Below the pieces are notes generated by a model, which ran no database searches, had not been told where the DNA came from, and saw only the letters and a program-made list of their open reading frames with translations. DNA of 64,000 nt from Octopus vulgaris (taxonomy: Eukaryota). This document shows, in pieces, positions 12,092 through 25,814 of this stretch. Numbering within the stretch: position 1 is the first letter of the stretch; each line of letters begins with the position of its first letter. Location: positions 53,010,001 through 53,074,000 of the forward strand of contig OX597832.1 in the NCBI GenBank assembly GCA_951406725.2, given 5' to 3'. Position numbers and translations under genes: made by a program.

Positions 12092-12705
12092 TTTTACTGT
12101 TCGGTAACCAGAAATTGATAAGAAAACCAAGACTTTCTGTACGCAACATTTATTCAACAGAGTCGGCTGGGCGGCGGCGTAGAATACCGAAAACTGGATG
12201 TCGCTTCATGTCGTCTGCTACAAACCGTTAATGGTGGGAAATATGGATGTTGGTTTCTGAGTTATTCGTTTAAATTAACTTAGTTGGTGCCCGTCAACAA
12301 ACAATAATGGAAAAGAGGAGTCCTTAGATTATATATTAACACCTACTTGAGATTTCAGTCAGTTAACTCTTCGATCGTTATCTGATATTTTATTCGTGGA
12401 TGTATACATGGTTCCAGGCTAGATTCGAAACAGCAATATTGTTATCTAAACCAAAGGTTGTTGTCCACCAGGCCACACAGTTCGTTACTGAGAACGTTAT
12501 TTGCAGGCATAACTACACTTTCGTGCCCCGCTTCGACTGTGTTTCCTTATAATTTTCTTAATAATGCATATTTTTTAATTAAATTTTAGATACACTTTCG
12601 AAGTTGTGATTATTTTTAATTAAGCAACGAAAAAACATTTTTGATTTAGAAAGAAAAGAAGCCTATTGTGTTTTGTTTTGTTTTATTTAATTATTCAATA
12701 ACACA

Positions 12706-13095
12706 GGCGCAGGAGTGGCTGTGTGGTAAGTAGCTTGCTAACCAACCACATGGTTCCGGGTTCAGTCCCACTGCGTGGCATCTTGGGCAAGTGTCTTCTG
12801 CTATAGCCCCGGGCCGACCAATGCTTTGTGAGTGGATTTGGTAGACGGAAACTGAAAGAAGCCTGTCGTATATATGTATATATATATATATAAGTGTATG
12901 TGTTTGTGTGTCTGTGTTTGTTCCCCTAGCATTGCTTGACAACCGATGCTGGTGTGTTTACGTCCCCGTCACTTAGCGGTTTCGGCAAAAGAGACCGATA
13001 GAATAAGTCCCGGGGTCGATTTGCTCGACTAAAGGCGGTGCTCCAGCATGGCCGCAGTCAAATGACTGAAACAAGTAAAAGAGTAAAAGAGAGTA
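12706..13095 (+). mobile_element. Full-length tRNA-derived SINE (family A)
   Basis: GGCGCAGGAGTGGCTGTGTGG head through GTAAAAGAGTAAAAGAG tail. Confidence 0.85.
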
Positions 13096-13797
13096 ATGAG
13101 TATACTCAAGATCAACAGGAAAAAATAAAATCTGACAAATATACTGATTTGTATTATTTATTATTAAAACGAAATAGGAAATCATCATTAAAAAAAATTC
13201 CCCCAGTTTACGCTTAATTTACTACAAAACAAATCGAAAGTTCTGAAGTCACAGTATATTTCTGCAACATTAGTTAAAGCTGTCCAGCCACTTAGAAATA
13301 GTTATTGTTGCAGATGTAGCAGTAAACACTTAGAAACGTTAAGTGAGTGGTTGTTTTCAACAAATCAGACCACTTACATGGTCACTTGAGACATGTAAGT
13401 GGTCTGACACTTGTAACAGCTATTGTTTCTTCCCTGATAATCAGAGCACACCTTGTGTCACACATTTTGACAAATGCACATTAGGAAAACAATCTTCCTT
13501 TATGCTTTATTAATAATAATAATAATAATAATAATGTTCGTCCTTCGGGTTCGAAGATGACCATTGACATCATTTGGTGGAATTGCTGCTATGAGACCGG
13601 AGGTGGCTGGTGAGGCCAATCCGGGCAAGGAAGCCCCTCCCACAGGTGGGGCTTTATTAATATACAATACATGGAAGTTAATTAATATGTATTGAAAAAC
13701 ACATCATTATATATGCACATCGGTTGCTTGAAATATATCTGAGGAGTTGTATACCTTACAAAACCTTATCTAACTGTACTTACTAATTGCAAATTTT

Positions 13798-14225
13798 GGA
13801 TCTTTTCGGTTTGAACGGCAGTTTTTAGCATAATTTCCACGTAACTAAAAGATTTAAAACTTCGTATACTGGTAGAATGTGTTTATAAAACATATTTTTC
13901 TCTTGGTTTTATTGAGAAAATTCTATAGCTTGTAAGATATTTGTTGTTTTTTCTTCTTCAATTTCTGCAATTTCAACCAATCAATTACGTCTATTGAGGT
14001 AAAAAAAAAAAAACATTCTGTGCCGTATGAATATGTCCCTTGTTTAAGAAACAGATTGGGTTTATTTACATTTCTGAAGAAAAAAAGATACCCTTCCCCC
14101 ACCCCTAACCCTAACTAACCCTAAAAGAGATTGAAATGCAATAGATTGATACTAGGGTCATAATTATGGGTGACAATTTCATATGACACCGCTAGAAAAA
14201 ACTGCCGTTCAAACCGAAAAGATCC
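13798..14225. mobile_element. MITE with 8-bp TSD (Merlin- or hAT-type) containing telomere-like CCCTAA repeats
   Basis: TIR GGATCTTTTCGGTTTGAACGGCAGTTTTT at both ends; TSD CAAATTTT at 13790-13797 and 14226-14233. Confidence 0.85.
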
Positions 14226-14332
14226 CAAATTTTTATTAAGTCCACCTTTCTAACGAAATATAATCATTATCCGTTCATACAACAAATCATTATAGTGGTT
14301 CATTAAACATTATTCATTAGCTCCATTATGAC

Positions 14333-14757
14333 TTTACTCTTTTACTCTTTTACTTGTTTCAGTCATTTGACTGTGGCCATGCTGGAGCACCGCTTTTAGT
14401 CGAACAAATTGACTCCAGGACTTATTCTTTGTAAACCTAGTACTTATTCTATCGGTCTCTTTTGCCGAACCGCTAAGTTACGGGGACGTAAACACACCAG
14501 CATCAGCTGTCAATCGATGTTGTGGGGACAAACACAGACACACAAACATATGTACACACATACATACATATATATATATATATATACACGACAGGCTTCT
14601 TTCAGTTTCCGTCTACGAAATCCAGTCACAAGGCTTTGGTTGGCCCAAGGCTATAGAGGCTAAGAAATTACTTGCACAAGGTGCCACGCAGTGGGACTGA
14701 ACCCATAACCATGTGGTTGGTAAGCAAGCTACTTACCACACAGCCACTCCTACGCCT
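14333..14757 (-). mobile_element. tRNA-derived SINE (family A)
   Basis: Family A head, body and tail. Confidence 0.8.
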
Positions 14758-15527
14758 ATGTCACAATAACCAAAAAAGAAAAAAATTACTAGTTTTTTTA
14801 TTCTTAAAACATTTTTCTCTTCATTTATTTCATATTAATTTGTTAATATGAGTCGGTAGCATGAAGTGATTGGGAAAGATCTTTGTAATAAAAAAGTATC
14901 TGTAAAACCCCATCATACAAAAACGTTGCTTTCAATATAAAAGACTTAAAATGGTAACTCTAATCCTAACAGTTTCATAAATATGAACAATGGATGGATA
15001 GACGAACCATTTTATATATATAAACAACGGAGAAGACCTGTTGAATCGAGCGAGATCAAAATTGAAGTCATAGTCGTGGCCAGTGCCGCCTGACTGGCAC
15101 CCATGCTGGTGGCACGTGATAAGCACTGTAAAAGCTAACACTTCCCTTTTCCGAGCTGAGATTCGAAACCGAATCTAAAGATTCTCGCTCGTCTGATTCA
15201 CCACTGGCCAAACAGGTGCGAAAGAAATTTCTTTGTCCTGTCAAAAAACGATGGATGGATTTCCTTTCGACCTATGACCTGAGCTGTATCATTTAAGGTT
15301 CAAGTGAACAGGAGGTGACCTACATAGGGAGAAATTACTCCTGTAGTATGTCTGTCCTTCTAGCTGTCATGATCATTATAAATACAGCAATCCGGCAAGG
15401 GACAGCAGATAGCCATCACCAGGAGACAGCCAGCAAGTAACTTGCACCAGTCAAGCAGCCAACATAGAACTACATATTCAGCATGAATGACCCAACACAG
15501 CAGCAGTCATAGAACATAAACAGACAC

Positions 15528-15876
15528 CATCATCATCATCATCATCATTGTTCGACCGTGGTCGAGACAATGGAAGTTACCATGCTACGCCAGACTTTAC
15601 GGTCCATCATAGCATTACGGAGTTCCTGTTGCTGGATGCCTGTATCCCTGGAGATTACATCAGGGTAGGAGAGTGTGCGCCCTCTGGTATTGCAAGTAGA
15701 TGGCTTCCAGAGGATAAGAGTAGAAATTGCCTCGTTTTCAGCTCTACAACAATGTCCAGCAAACTGGACTCTCCTACCTTTCACAAAAGATGATACAGGT
15801 GATAGTTTCCTATATATTTGCATTTTGGTTGGATGACGCTTCCACGAGAGATTTTGAGCTCTCATAAGGAGGCGAG
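15528..15876 (-). mobile_element. RTE-clade LINE 3' fragment
   Basis: RLLMRAQNLSWKRHPTK...FAGHCCRA plus (GAT)n tail. Confidence 0.85.
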
Positions 15877-16112
15877 GCACCACTGAGTGACCAATGCATA
15901 CACAGACACAAAACATGCCCGGTTCTACCTCAATGACACAGTATTTCCCCTGTTTATTTTATTTTTCACCAACTCGAAGCAAGTTGGTAATATCATGTTG
16001 TGAAACTTTGGTGTATACAACAAATAAATGCAAGTGTCAATTAAATTAATTATTTAAACCACAATCCAATGCCTTCCCATTGTTTTACTTTGATGTTGTC
16101 CACATGAGTGAC

Positions 16113-16265
16113 AGTGTGGTAAGTAGCTTGCTTACGAACCACATGGTTCCGGGTTCAGTCCCACTGCGTGGCACCTTGGGCAAGTGTCTTCTACTATAGC
16201 CTCGGGCCGACCAAAGCCTTGTGAGTGGATTTGGTAGACAGAAACTGAAAGAAGCCTGTCGTATG

Positions 16266-16306
<41 letters not shown>

Positions 16307-16511
16307 ATGGTTGTGTGTCTGTGTTTGTCCCCCCAACATCGCTTGACAATCGATGCTGGTGTGTTTATGTCCCTGTCACTTAGCGGTTCGGCAAAAGAGA
16401 CCGATAGAATAAGTACTGGGCTTACAAAGAATAAGTCCCGGGGTTGAGTTGCTCGATTAAAGGCGGTGCTCCAGCATGGCCGCAGTCAAATGACTGAAAC
16501 AAGTAAAAGAG
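16113..16511 (+). mobile_element. tRNA-derived SINE (family A)
   Basis: Family A body and tail. Confidence 0.8.
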
Positions 16512-17102
16512 TATGCCTATTTCATCTACTACTTCAACATCTTTTGCTACACCATCCCACTACAGCACCATTCGAGTGTGGGTCGATGCCAGTGACACCT
16601 GACTGGCTCCCCGTGCCAGTGACACAAATGTGGTCGATGCTAGTGCCGCCTGACTGGTTCCCATGCCGGTGATGCATAAAAAGCACCCAGTACAATCTCA
16701 GAGTGGTTGACATTAGGAAGGGAACTCAGCTGTAGAAACCTTGCCAGATCAGATTGGAGCTTGGTGCAGCCTACTGGCTTGCCAGTCCTCCAGTCAAACC
16801 ATTCAACCCGTGCCAGCATGGAAAGTGGACATTAAACGATGGTGATGATGGATGGACGGACGGATGGATAAACCAATGTCACAATACTCATGTTTGTCTC
16901 AATCAAGACATGGTTCCTGGTAAGCTTGGCGAACTGTCTACAAACATTCTGCCAGATTAACCTTTGAAGAAGTACATTATTGCTCTATTTTTCATTTGCT
17001 ATCTCAGTTTTGTAGGCCATTTCTGACTCTCATATCAAGTTAGTGGGTGTCCATTTTCTATGTTTCTTACTGTATTGCCTTTGAATCTGTTTAACCCTTT
17101 GA

Positions 17103-17780
17103 TTACTCTTTTACTTGTTTCAGTCATTTGACTGCGGCCATGCTGGAGCACCACCTTTAGTCAATCGAGCAAATCGACCCCAGGTCTTATTCTTTGTAAG
17201 CCTAGTACTTATTCTATCGGACTCTTTTGCCAATCTTTTACTCTTTTACTAGTTTCAGTCATTTGACTGTGGCCATGCTGGAGCACCGCCTTTAGTCGAT
17301 CGAGCAAATCGACCCCAGGTCTTATTCTTTGTAAGCCTAGTACTTATTCTATCGGACTCTTTTGCCGATCTTTTACTCTTTTACTAGTTTCAGTCATTTG
17401 ACTGTGGCCATGCTGGAGCACCGCCTTTAGTCGATCGAGCAAATCGACTCCAGGTCTTATTCTTTGTAAGCCTAGTACTTATTCTATTGGTCTCTTTTGC
17501 CAAACCACAAAGTTATGGGGACGCAAACGCACCAGCATCGGTTGTCAAGCGATGTTGGGGGGACAAACACAGACGCACAAACATACACACACATACACAC
17601 ACACACACACAAACACACACACATATATACATATATACAATGGGCTTCTTTCAGTTTCCGTCTACAAAATCCATTCACAAGGCTATAGTAGAAGACACTT
17701 GCCCAAGGTGCCATGCAGTGGGACTGAACCTGGAACCATGTTGTTCGTAAGAAAAAGCTACTTACCACACAGGCCATTCC
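17103..17780 (-). mobile_element. SINE (family A) with triplicated ~132-bp 3' end
   Basis: Three tandem copies of TTTCAGTCATTTGACTG...CTCTTTTGCC at ~17103, ~17236 and ~17369. Confidence 0.85.
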
Positions 17781-18206
17781 CATAATAATGTTAATTGTTG
17801 ACCATGAAATAGAACTGATATTTTATGCTTTTGCAATAATTTTACAATTTCCCCTGAAGGTATGGTTTTCATAGCCATCACTAAAAGTATTTAATTTCTG
17901 TTCTGTAAAGAGACATTTGTTGACATATGTGAAAAAAAATTAAGAAAATCTGAAAGATTGTCCTTTGTAAAATGTGTCATTATGGGTGTCACTATTTTTC
18001 ACAGCAAATGGAGAGTTTTTTGGGGTTTTTTTCTAAAACTGAGTAAAACTGCATTCCACAGTTATGAATAATAAAATTTTGAGTGTATATGTATCCCATT
18101 TCTGCATTCAAAGGATTAAGTTTCACACTTCAGCCAGTATAAATGTTGCATCTGTTTCATTTACATGGGGATATATGTGTGTGTCATATCATACAATTTG
18201 CCAAAA

Positions 18207-18992
18207 TCTCTATATATATAAAAGGCAGTTAGTCTGTCAGGTTGTACCCTCACCCTGACCACAGCTTTCAACCGCTATGACACACACATAGCCCAATGTC
18301 ATAATTCAAAACTAACGCAGGGAAAATTTTGAAAAGTTCCCCCAGTTCTGAAAAAAATCGATGAATTCGACATGGGGTCGAGAATCTAAGTTTATCATAT
18401 GCAACACATTTTCCGTTGTAGTTTTCGCAACTTGCAATCGATTTTCACCAAACTCATGGTGAAGCTTAATGTTACCCTAAGGAACTTAATTCTGATGTTA
18501 GTTTTCCATGCAATACCTTACCATCAGAAAAAATCGATAAAATCATGCCATTTTGGGAAATCGCGTTCAAATTCAAGATGACATATTTTCGACAATATCT
18601 TTAACAAATTGGCAGGAATTTTTTTGGAAATTCACAGCGAGCATCATGTCTGCTCCATGGAGCTATTTGGCCCTTTTGATTCCAATAGGATACGTTATTA
18701 CTGGAAAAAATCGGTTAATTACATCATATGTGGCACACATACCAAACCGATTTTTCTGCGATATTTTAAGAACTGGGTGGAATGTGCTAAACAAAACCAG
18801 AAAATGCACTTTGACTGTCATAGATTTTCTTCATGCATGCAAGGGAACAGTGCCTTGAATGCTTTAATGCCTTTTAGGCTTCATTTTACAAAATAATGGT
18901 TCAATGAGTACAAAAAAGGGTAAAAAGGTGAAGGGCATTGCTTATCGACAAAGTTTCGTACATACCTGGGCAATGCCGGGCTGTGCTGCTAG
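18207..18992 (+). mobile_element. Non-autonomous Helitron
   Basis: A|TCTCTATATAT 5' end; subterminal hairpin CCTGGGCAATGCCGGG and CTAG|T 3' end; no TSD. Confidence 0.8.
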
Positions 18993-20007
18993 TCTTTTAT
19001 AAATGGAATGTTGTGGGTCATTATTATTGCTGTTATTAATATCTCTAATCAAGCTAGAATTGTTACCACTATCCCAATTATTGTTAATTTTGTTGTTGTT
19101 GCTGCTGCTGCTGTTGCTATCATTCTTGAATTCCAATCTATTTTGCACGGCGTTTTTCTCAAATTCAGCTTGACATTCAATATTATTGATCTTGTATAAG
19201 GCATATGCTAGTGGTTGTGTCAAAACAGATGTTTCCTCTGTCTCTAGTTGTACATCCCTGTAAGCTCCATTGGTTGTTTGTGTGTTTGTATTACTATTTT
19301 CAGTTTTCCTATCTGTGTTTTAAATTTATGACAGTGCATTGTCAGTCACAATAATTTCATCTCCCTTTCTTTCAGACAGATTTTTTGTTGTTGTTGTTGT
19401 TGTCATTGTTATTGATGTTCTTGTTGTTATTGATGTTCTTGTTGTTTTATAAAGTAAAGTCACCTTTTTCTTTTTCCTGTTTTTTTTTTTTTCAACAAAC
19501 TGTTTCCCGGTTTCCTGCTAGTTTGGCTAAAATTTATGGTCTTACCATTTTTGAATTCATTTTTCAAATATTTTGATCAGAAACTAACATACCGTAAATC
19601 CTCAAGTATAGTCCGCCCTTGAGTATAATATGCAGTGGATTTTTAGTGAGTTGTACCTCTGAAAAACCTAAACCTTGTGTATGATATGCACCCCTTCTCT
19701 AACTTGAGTCGTGAATAATTAAGCCAGCAAAAAAACACTTCTGCGTATGTGTAATACAATAATGGTGATGTTCTTAACTGTTATATGGGAATGTAAATAT
19801 GTTTGCAAATTGTTTTTGTTACATGTTATTCTGTGTTCTGAATACTTTTATTTTAATAAATGTTGCTTATTGCAAGTTATGGACGATTCTTTTATGACTT
19901 CATTGCTTTCAGGCTTAGCTTAAGGTATTTTCATGCCCGACATCACAAAATGCATCTGAATAAACATTGCCGAACAGCAAATAGAGACTCGGGCATTGCT
20001 TAGAAAA

Positions 20008-20255
20008 TGGAGGCACATTGCTTAGTGGTTAGGGTGTTGAACTCATGATCGTAAGGTTGTGGTTTCAATTCCTTGACCGGGCGATGCATTGTGTTCTTGA
20101 GCAAAACATTTCATTTCATGTTGCTCCAGTCCACTCAGCTGGCGAAAATGAGTAATCCTGCGACGGACCAGTGTCCCGTCCAGGTGGGGAATTTCTACGC
20201 CACTGAAACTGGGAAACCTGCCCTTATGAGCCTGGCATGGCTCGAGAAGGAACAT
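20008..20255 (+). mobile_element. tRNA-derived SINE (family C; related copies at 45793-46070 + and 40245-40531 -)
   Basis: GGAGGCACAT..CTTAGTGGTTAG A-box head, B-box-like GGTTTCAATTCC, shared 3' GGCTC.AGAAGGAACA. Confidence 0.65.
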
Positions 20256-20616
20256 TTTTCCTTTTTTATCTCTTTCATATTGGTTTACTGTTTAGGCAAA
20301 TGTGTATACCTTTCCTCGACTTACGACCGAGTTTCGTTCCGACTGAAAGGTCATGAGTCGATCTGGTCGCATGTCAGAGTTATATTTTTCAATACTATTT
20401 TCTTTCAAGCGCAACTGATGCTTGAAAGCGACTGAGTGAGAGACAGTGGCAAGCAGTGGATGCCTGGGTCTGAGGGAGGCCTGCGTTTCCAGGTGATGCC
20501 ATAGTTATTGTACGCACAGCGGCCCAAATCCGAAAATCGAGTTTTTATGTATTTATTTTATTATTTCCCTATATTTTGAAATTCAATTTTGCAGTTAACA
20601 TTTTTAATAAAACTCA

Positions 20617-20862
20617 GATCTTTTCGGTTTGAATGGCAGTTTTTTCTAGTGGTGTCACCCATAATTATTACCCTAGTATCGATCTATTGCATTTCAATCT
20701 GTTTTAGGGTTAGGGTTAGAGTTAGGGTTAGGGTTAGGGTTAGGGGTGGGGGAAGGGTATCTTTATTTCTTCAGAAATGTAAATAAACCCAATCTGTTTC
20801 TTAAACGAGAGACATATTCATACGGCACAGAATGTTTTCACCTCAGTAGATGTCATTGATTG
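20617..20862. mobile_element. Partial copy of the 8-bp-TSD MITE with (TTAGGG)n
   Basis: One TIR plus the internal segment matching 13798 and 22613 in reverse orientation. Confidence 0.75.
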
Positions 20863-21167
20863 GTAGTATAAAAAAGTCGCATCGGTTGTAAGTCGAGGAG
20901 AAGGTGTATATTTTCTTTCTTAGTGTAGGGTTGTTAGATCTCTCTAGGCCACTTGACACTCCGTGTTGGTTTGTTTGCGTCTCGCAACCTAGCGGTTCAG
21001 CAAGAGAGACTGATTGAATAAGTACCAGGTTTAAAACATAAATACTGGAGTCGATTCATTCGACTAAAACCCTTCAAGATGGTGCCCCAGCATGGCCGCA
21101 TTCCAATACCTGAAACAAGTGAAAGGTAGCAGATAATACTGTAAGAGTGATCTCCCTTTCATTGTTC

Positions 21168-21396
21168 TATTGGGTTGTCCGGAAAGTTCGTGCCGATTTA
21201 TCGTAGCTTACATTTCGACTTACCTTCCCAGGCACCTCAGTTCAGGGACGAGGGTATTTTCAAGTTAAAGGAAAGATGGAGACGCATTGTGCAACAAAAT
21301 GGTTCATATTTGGTTGATTAAAAATGTAATGGCAAGTATTTATTGACCTTTTTCTTTCCTTTAAAAATCGGCACGAACTTTCCGGACAACCCAATA
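21168..21396 (+). mobile_element. Mariner-derived MITE (same family as 6181)
   Basis: TA-TTGGGTTGTCCGGAAAGTTCGTGCCGATTT ... AAATCGGCACGAACTTTCCGGACAACCCAA-TA. Confidence 0.9.
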
Positions 21397-21754
21397 TAAT
21401 TCCAGTGTTGCTGTGTAGAGATAAATTATTTCACTTTATAATAATAATAATAATGAAATTATTGTATACAGTGCTCAGGTGCACCACAACTTGTCAGAAA
21501 GTGCGTATAAAGTATATGCAGTAATGTACAAATGTCTGGAAACCGAACAATGTATGAGTCAGATACATGCTCATCTTGATATAGTTGCTATGTACATATT
21601 TGCCTGGGAACAAACATTGATTTCATTGTTACTGTACTTCAAAAAAATTAGTATGATATTTATTGAAAATAACATGAAAGCACTCACGTAAATACAATAA
21701 TATGGAAATAAACTGTGAAATTCCAGTCATGTTGAAGTTTTATTGACTTACATC

Positions 21755-22370
<616 letters not shown>

Positions 22371-22487
22371 TAGATACATAGATAGATATATAGTGAAGAA
22401 TAAAAAGTTTTGAATGGTACAACAATGCACTATAATATAGACCATGTGCTATGTACCTGTTGTAATTTAGTTATCTATATAGTCTGA

Positions 22488-22580
22488 TATGATATTTCGG
22501 AATAATATTCCTTCGTCAGATAATATTCCTACTCTATCTAAGAATATCTGAAGAAGGAATATTATTCCGAAATATCATAT
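22488..22580. ncRNA. Inverted pair of minimal hammerhead motifs (22488-22522 minus, 22544-22580 plus)
   Basis: Plus: AUAU-CUGAAGA-A-GGAAU-AUU-AUUCC-GAAA-UA-UC^AUAU; the minus copy has a CUGACGA core with the same stems II and III. Confidence 0.65.
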
Positions 22581-22612
22581 CAGACTATATAGATGACTAA
22601 ATTACAACAGGT

Positions 22613-22800
22613 GGATCTTTTCGGTTTGAACGGCAGTTTTTTAAAATAATTTCCACGTAACTAAACACTTTTAAACTTCATATACTGGTAGAATGTGTTT
22701 ATAAAACATCTTTTTCTCTTGGCTTTATTGAGAAAGTTCTATAGTTTGTAAGATATTTGTTGGGGTTTTTTTTTTTCTTCAATTTCTGAAATTTCAACCA

Positions 22801-22841
<41 letters not shown>

Positions 22842-23077
22842 AGGTAAAAACATTCTGTGCCGTATGAATATGTCCCTCGTTTAAGAAACAGATTGGGTTT
22901 ATTTACATTTCTGAAGAAAAAAAGATACCCTTCCCCCCACCCCTAACCCTAACCTTAACCCTAATCCTAATCCTAAAACAGATTGAAATGCAATAGATCG
23001 ATACTAGGGTCATAATTATGGGTGACAATTTCATATGACACCGCTAGAAAAAACTGCCGTTCAAACCGAAAAGATCC
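22613..23077. mobile_element. MITE with 8-bp TSD and CCCTAA repeats, inserted into the right arm of a foldback element
   Basis: Same TIR as 13798; TSD CAACAGGT at 22605-22612 and 23078-23085. Confidence 0.88.
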
Positions 23078-23156
23078 CAACAGGTATATAGCCCATGGTC
23101 TATGTTATAGTGCATTGTTGTACTGTTCAAAACTTTTTATTCTTTTACAAACAATA

Positions 23157-23536
23157 GGCGCAGGAGTGACTGTGTGGTAAGTAGCTTGTCTACCAACCAT
23201 ATGGTTCCGGGTTCAGTCCCACTGCGTGGCACCTTGGGCAAGTGTCTTCTACTATAGCCTCAGGCCGACCAAAGCCTTGTGAGTGGATTTGGTAGACGGA
23301 AACTGAAAGAAGCCCGTCGTATATATGTATATATATATATGCGTGTGTGTGTTTGTGTTTGTCCCCTAATGTTTATGTCCCCGTTACTTAGCGGTTCGGC
23401 AAAAGAGACCGCTAGAATAAGTACTGGGCTTACAAAAGAATAAGTCCCGGGGTCGAGTTGCTCGATTAAAGGCGGTGCTCCAGCATGGCCGCAGTCAAAT
23501 GACTGAAACAAGTAAAAGAGTAAAAGAGTAAAGAGT
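23157..23536 (+). mobile_element. Full-length tRNA-derived SINE (family A)
   Basis: Family A head through tail. Confidence 0.85.
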
Positions 23537-25814
23537 AATACACAATGCTTCAAGCGAACTACAATACACTCCTATAGGTAGACAGAGAGATAGACAGACG
23601 GACAGACAGACAGATAGATAGACAGATAGATGATAGTTAGTGAGACGGCGAGAGAGAGTAAGGCTTTACTGAACAAGCGTTTGTCTTTTCTGGTATCAAT
23701 GAGTTGACTCTTGAATTCTGTGCAACCTATTTACAGTCGAAAGTAGATAAATCAACTCAAAATTTCATTACTCTTAACTTACAGAAAGCAGTTTTATATA
23801 TAAATCTATTCTTTTGATGAGTAATGTCTTATTTGAAACTATTCTCTACTGAGGAAATATGACAAATTTACTGAGACAACATGACTTGCACAAAATACTA
23901 GGTCAGATTTTAAATAGATATTTAACACCATTACTGAAATAACCACGAAATTCAATTTTGCAGTTGACATTTTTAATTCATCATCATCATCATCATTAAC
24001 ACTGTCATCGTTATCATCATCCTTGTTGTCATCATTTAATGTCCGTTTTCGATGCTGGCATGGGTTGGATAGTTTGGCTAGAGCTGGCGAGCTACTGAAC
24101 TTCACCATGCTCCAATTGCCTGTTTTGCCATGGTTTCTAAGCCTGGATCATCCACTTTACAGAGTAGACCAGGTGCTCTTTACGTGGCATTAACTTAGAT
24201 ACCTCATATGTGGCACAAGCATGGATGCTTTATACGTGGCACTCGCATGGGTACTTTGCATGTGACACCAGCACGAGCACTTTTTACGTGGCAATATTTG
24301 TGTATCTGTCTATGAGGTGGCAAGCTGGCAGAAACGTTAACATGCCGGGTGAAATGCTTAGTTCAAATTCCGCAGAGGTCGACTTTGCATTTCATCCTTT
24401 CAGAGTCGATAAATTAAATACCCGTTACGCACTGGTGTCTATGTAATCGACTTAATCCATTTGTCTGTCCTTGTTTGTCCCCTCTATGTTTAGCACCTTA
24501 TGGGCAATAAAGAAATAAAAAACATTAGCACATCGGGCAAAATGCTGAGTGGTATTCCGACTGTCTTTACGTTCTGAGTTCAAATTCAGCTGAAGTCAAC
24601 TTTGCCTTTGATCCTTTTGGATTAAGTACCAGTTGAATACTGGGGTCGATCTAAATGACTGGTCCCCCTTCCCCAAAATTTCTGGCCTTGTGCCAAGAGT
24701 AGAAAAGAATATTCGTGTATCCATCAGCCTGGAATGAACAAAACTAGACATCATCATCATCATCATCATCATCATCGTTTAACGTCTGCTTTCCATGCTG
24801 GCATAGGTTGGACGGTTTGACCGGGGACTGGTGAGCCAGATGGCTGCACCACACTCCAATTTGATCTGGCAGAGTTTCTACAGCTGGATGCCCTTCCTAA
24901 CACCAACCACTCCGAGAGTGTAGTTTCTCTCTATATATATATTAGCCTAGCTATTGAACAGAAATATATTTCTTTCTTTCCAGATTGCTGTTGTCTTTCT
25001 TTCTTTGTGAAGAAATAAATCTATATAATAAGCTGCTAGTTTGTTTGTCTGTTATACTTTAGTTAGTTAGAGAGGTGGATGTGGAGTAAGTGAAAGCTGG
25101 AGTAAAAGTGAGAGAGAGAGAGGAGGCAGGAGACATGTGAGCAGAGAAGAGAGAAGAGAGGAATATAATAATACACTAAGGCCAAATGCATCACGTGCTT
25201 AGCTGAAAGGAGAGGCAAAGAGCAAGAGAAAAAGATGGTGAGAGCAAAGTGGGAGAGAGAAGTGTTAATGACATACTGTAGGATGGGAAGGGAACGGTGA
25301 AGAGAAAGAGAGAAATGTTAAAGACACGAAGAGGGGAATTCCATGGTTGAAGAGGTAGAGAGAAAGAGAGAAATATAAAATGCTTAGTAGAGGGAAATTT
25401 TAAAATCATGTAATATATTATTGTGACTGGAAGTGAAATAACTCAGCAAAATAAAAATGAAAATCATCCTTTCTTTCTTGAATAGCTTCTCTTGAGCTTT
25501 TTCATTCTGTGGAATTTCCACAGGTCCCACAAGTAACAAATAAATTACAGGGAGTGATTTAATTGACTTGAGTTAATGCTCCAGCATGGCCGTAGTTAAT
25601 GATGGAAACTAGTGAAAGAATAAAATTATTACAACCACAAAATTATGTAAGTAAACAACTGATATATCACTGAATTTGTTATCTCAAGGTTTGGAGATTA
25701 CAGTTCAGGGATGAAAACATCCTGTTATAATTAAGGATTTATTTTTAGGGTAGAAAGTCGTTTGTGCAGGGAGATGATTAATCAATTTGATCATTTATAA
25801 TAATAATAATAATA

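Noticed and set aside
11368-12231. Long MYVC/HTYI ORFs (also at 21684-22445 and 35319-36155)
   Set aside because: Translations of microsatellites with no stop codons
15148-15220. tRNA-like sequence on the minus strand (A-box and B-box-like motifs)
   Set aside because: No consistent cloverleaf; probably an old SINE head
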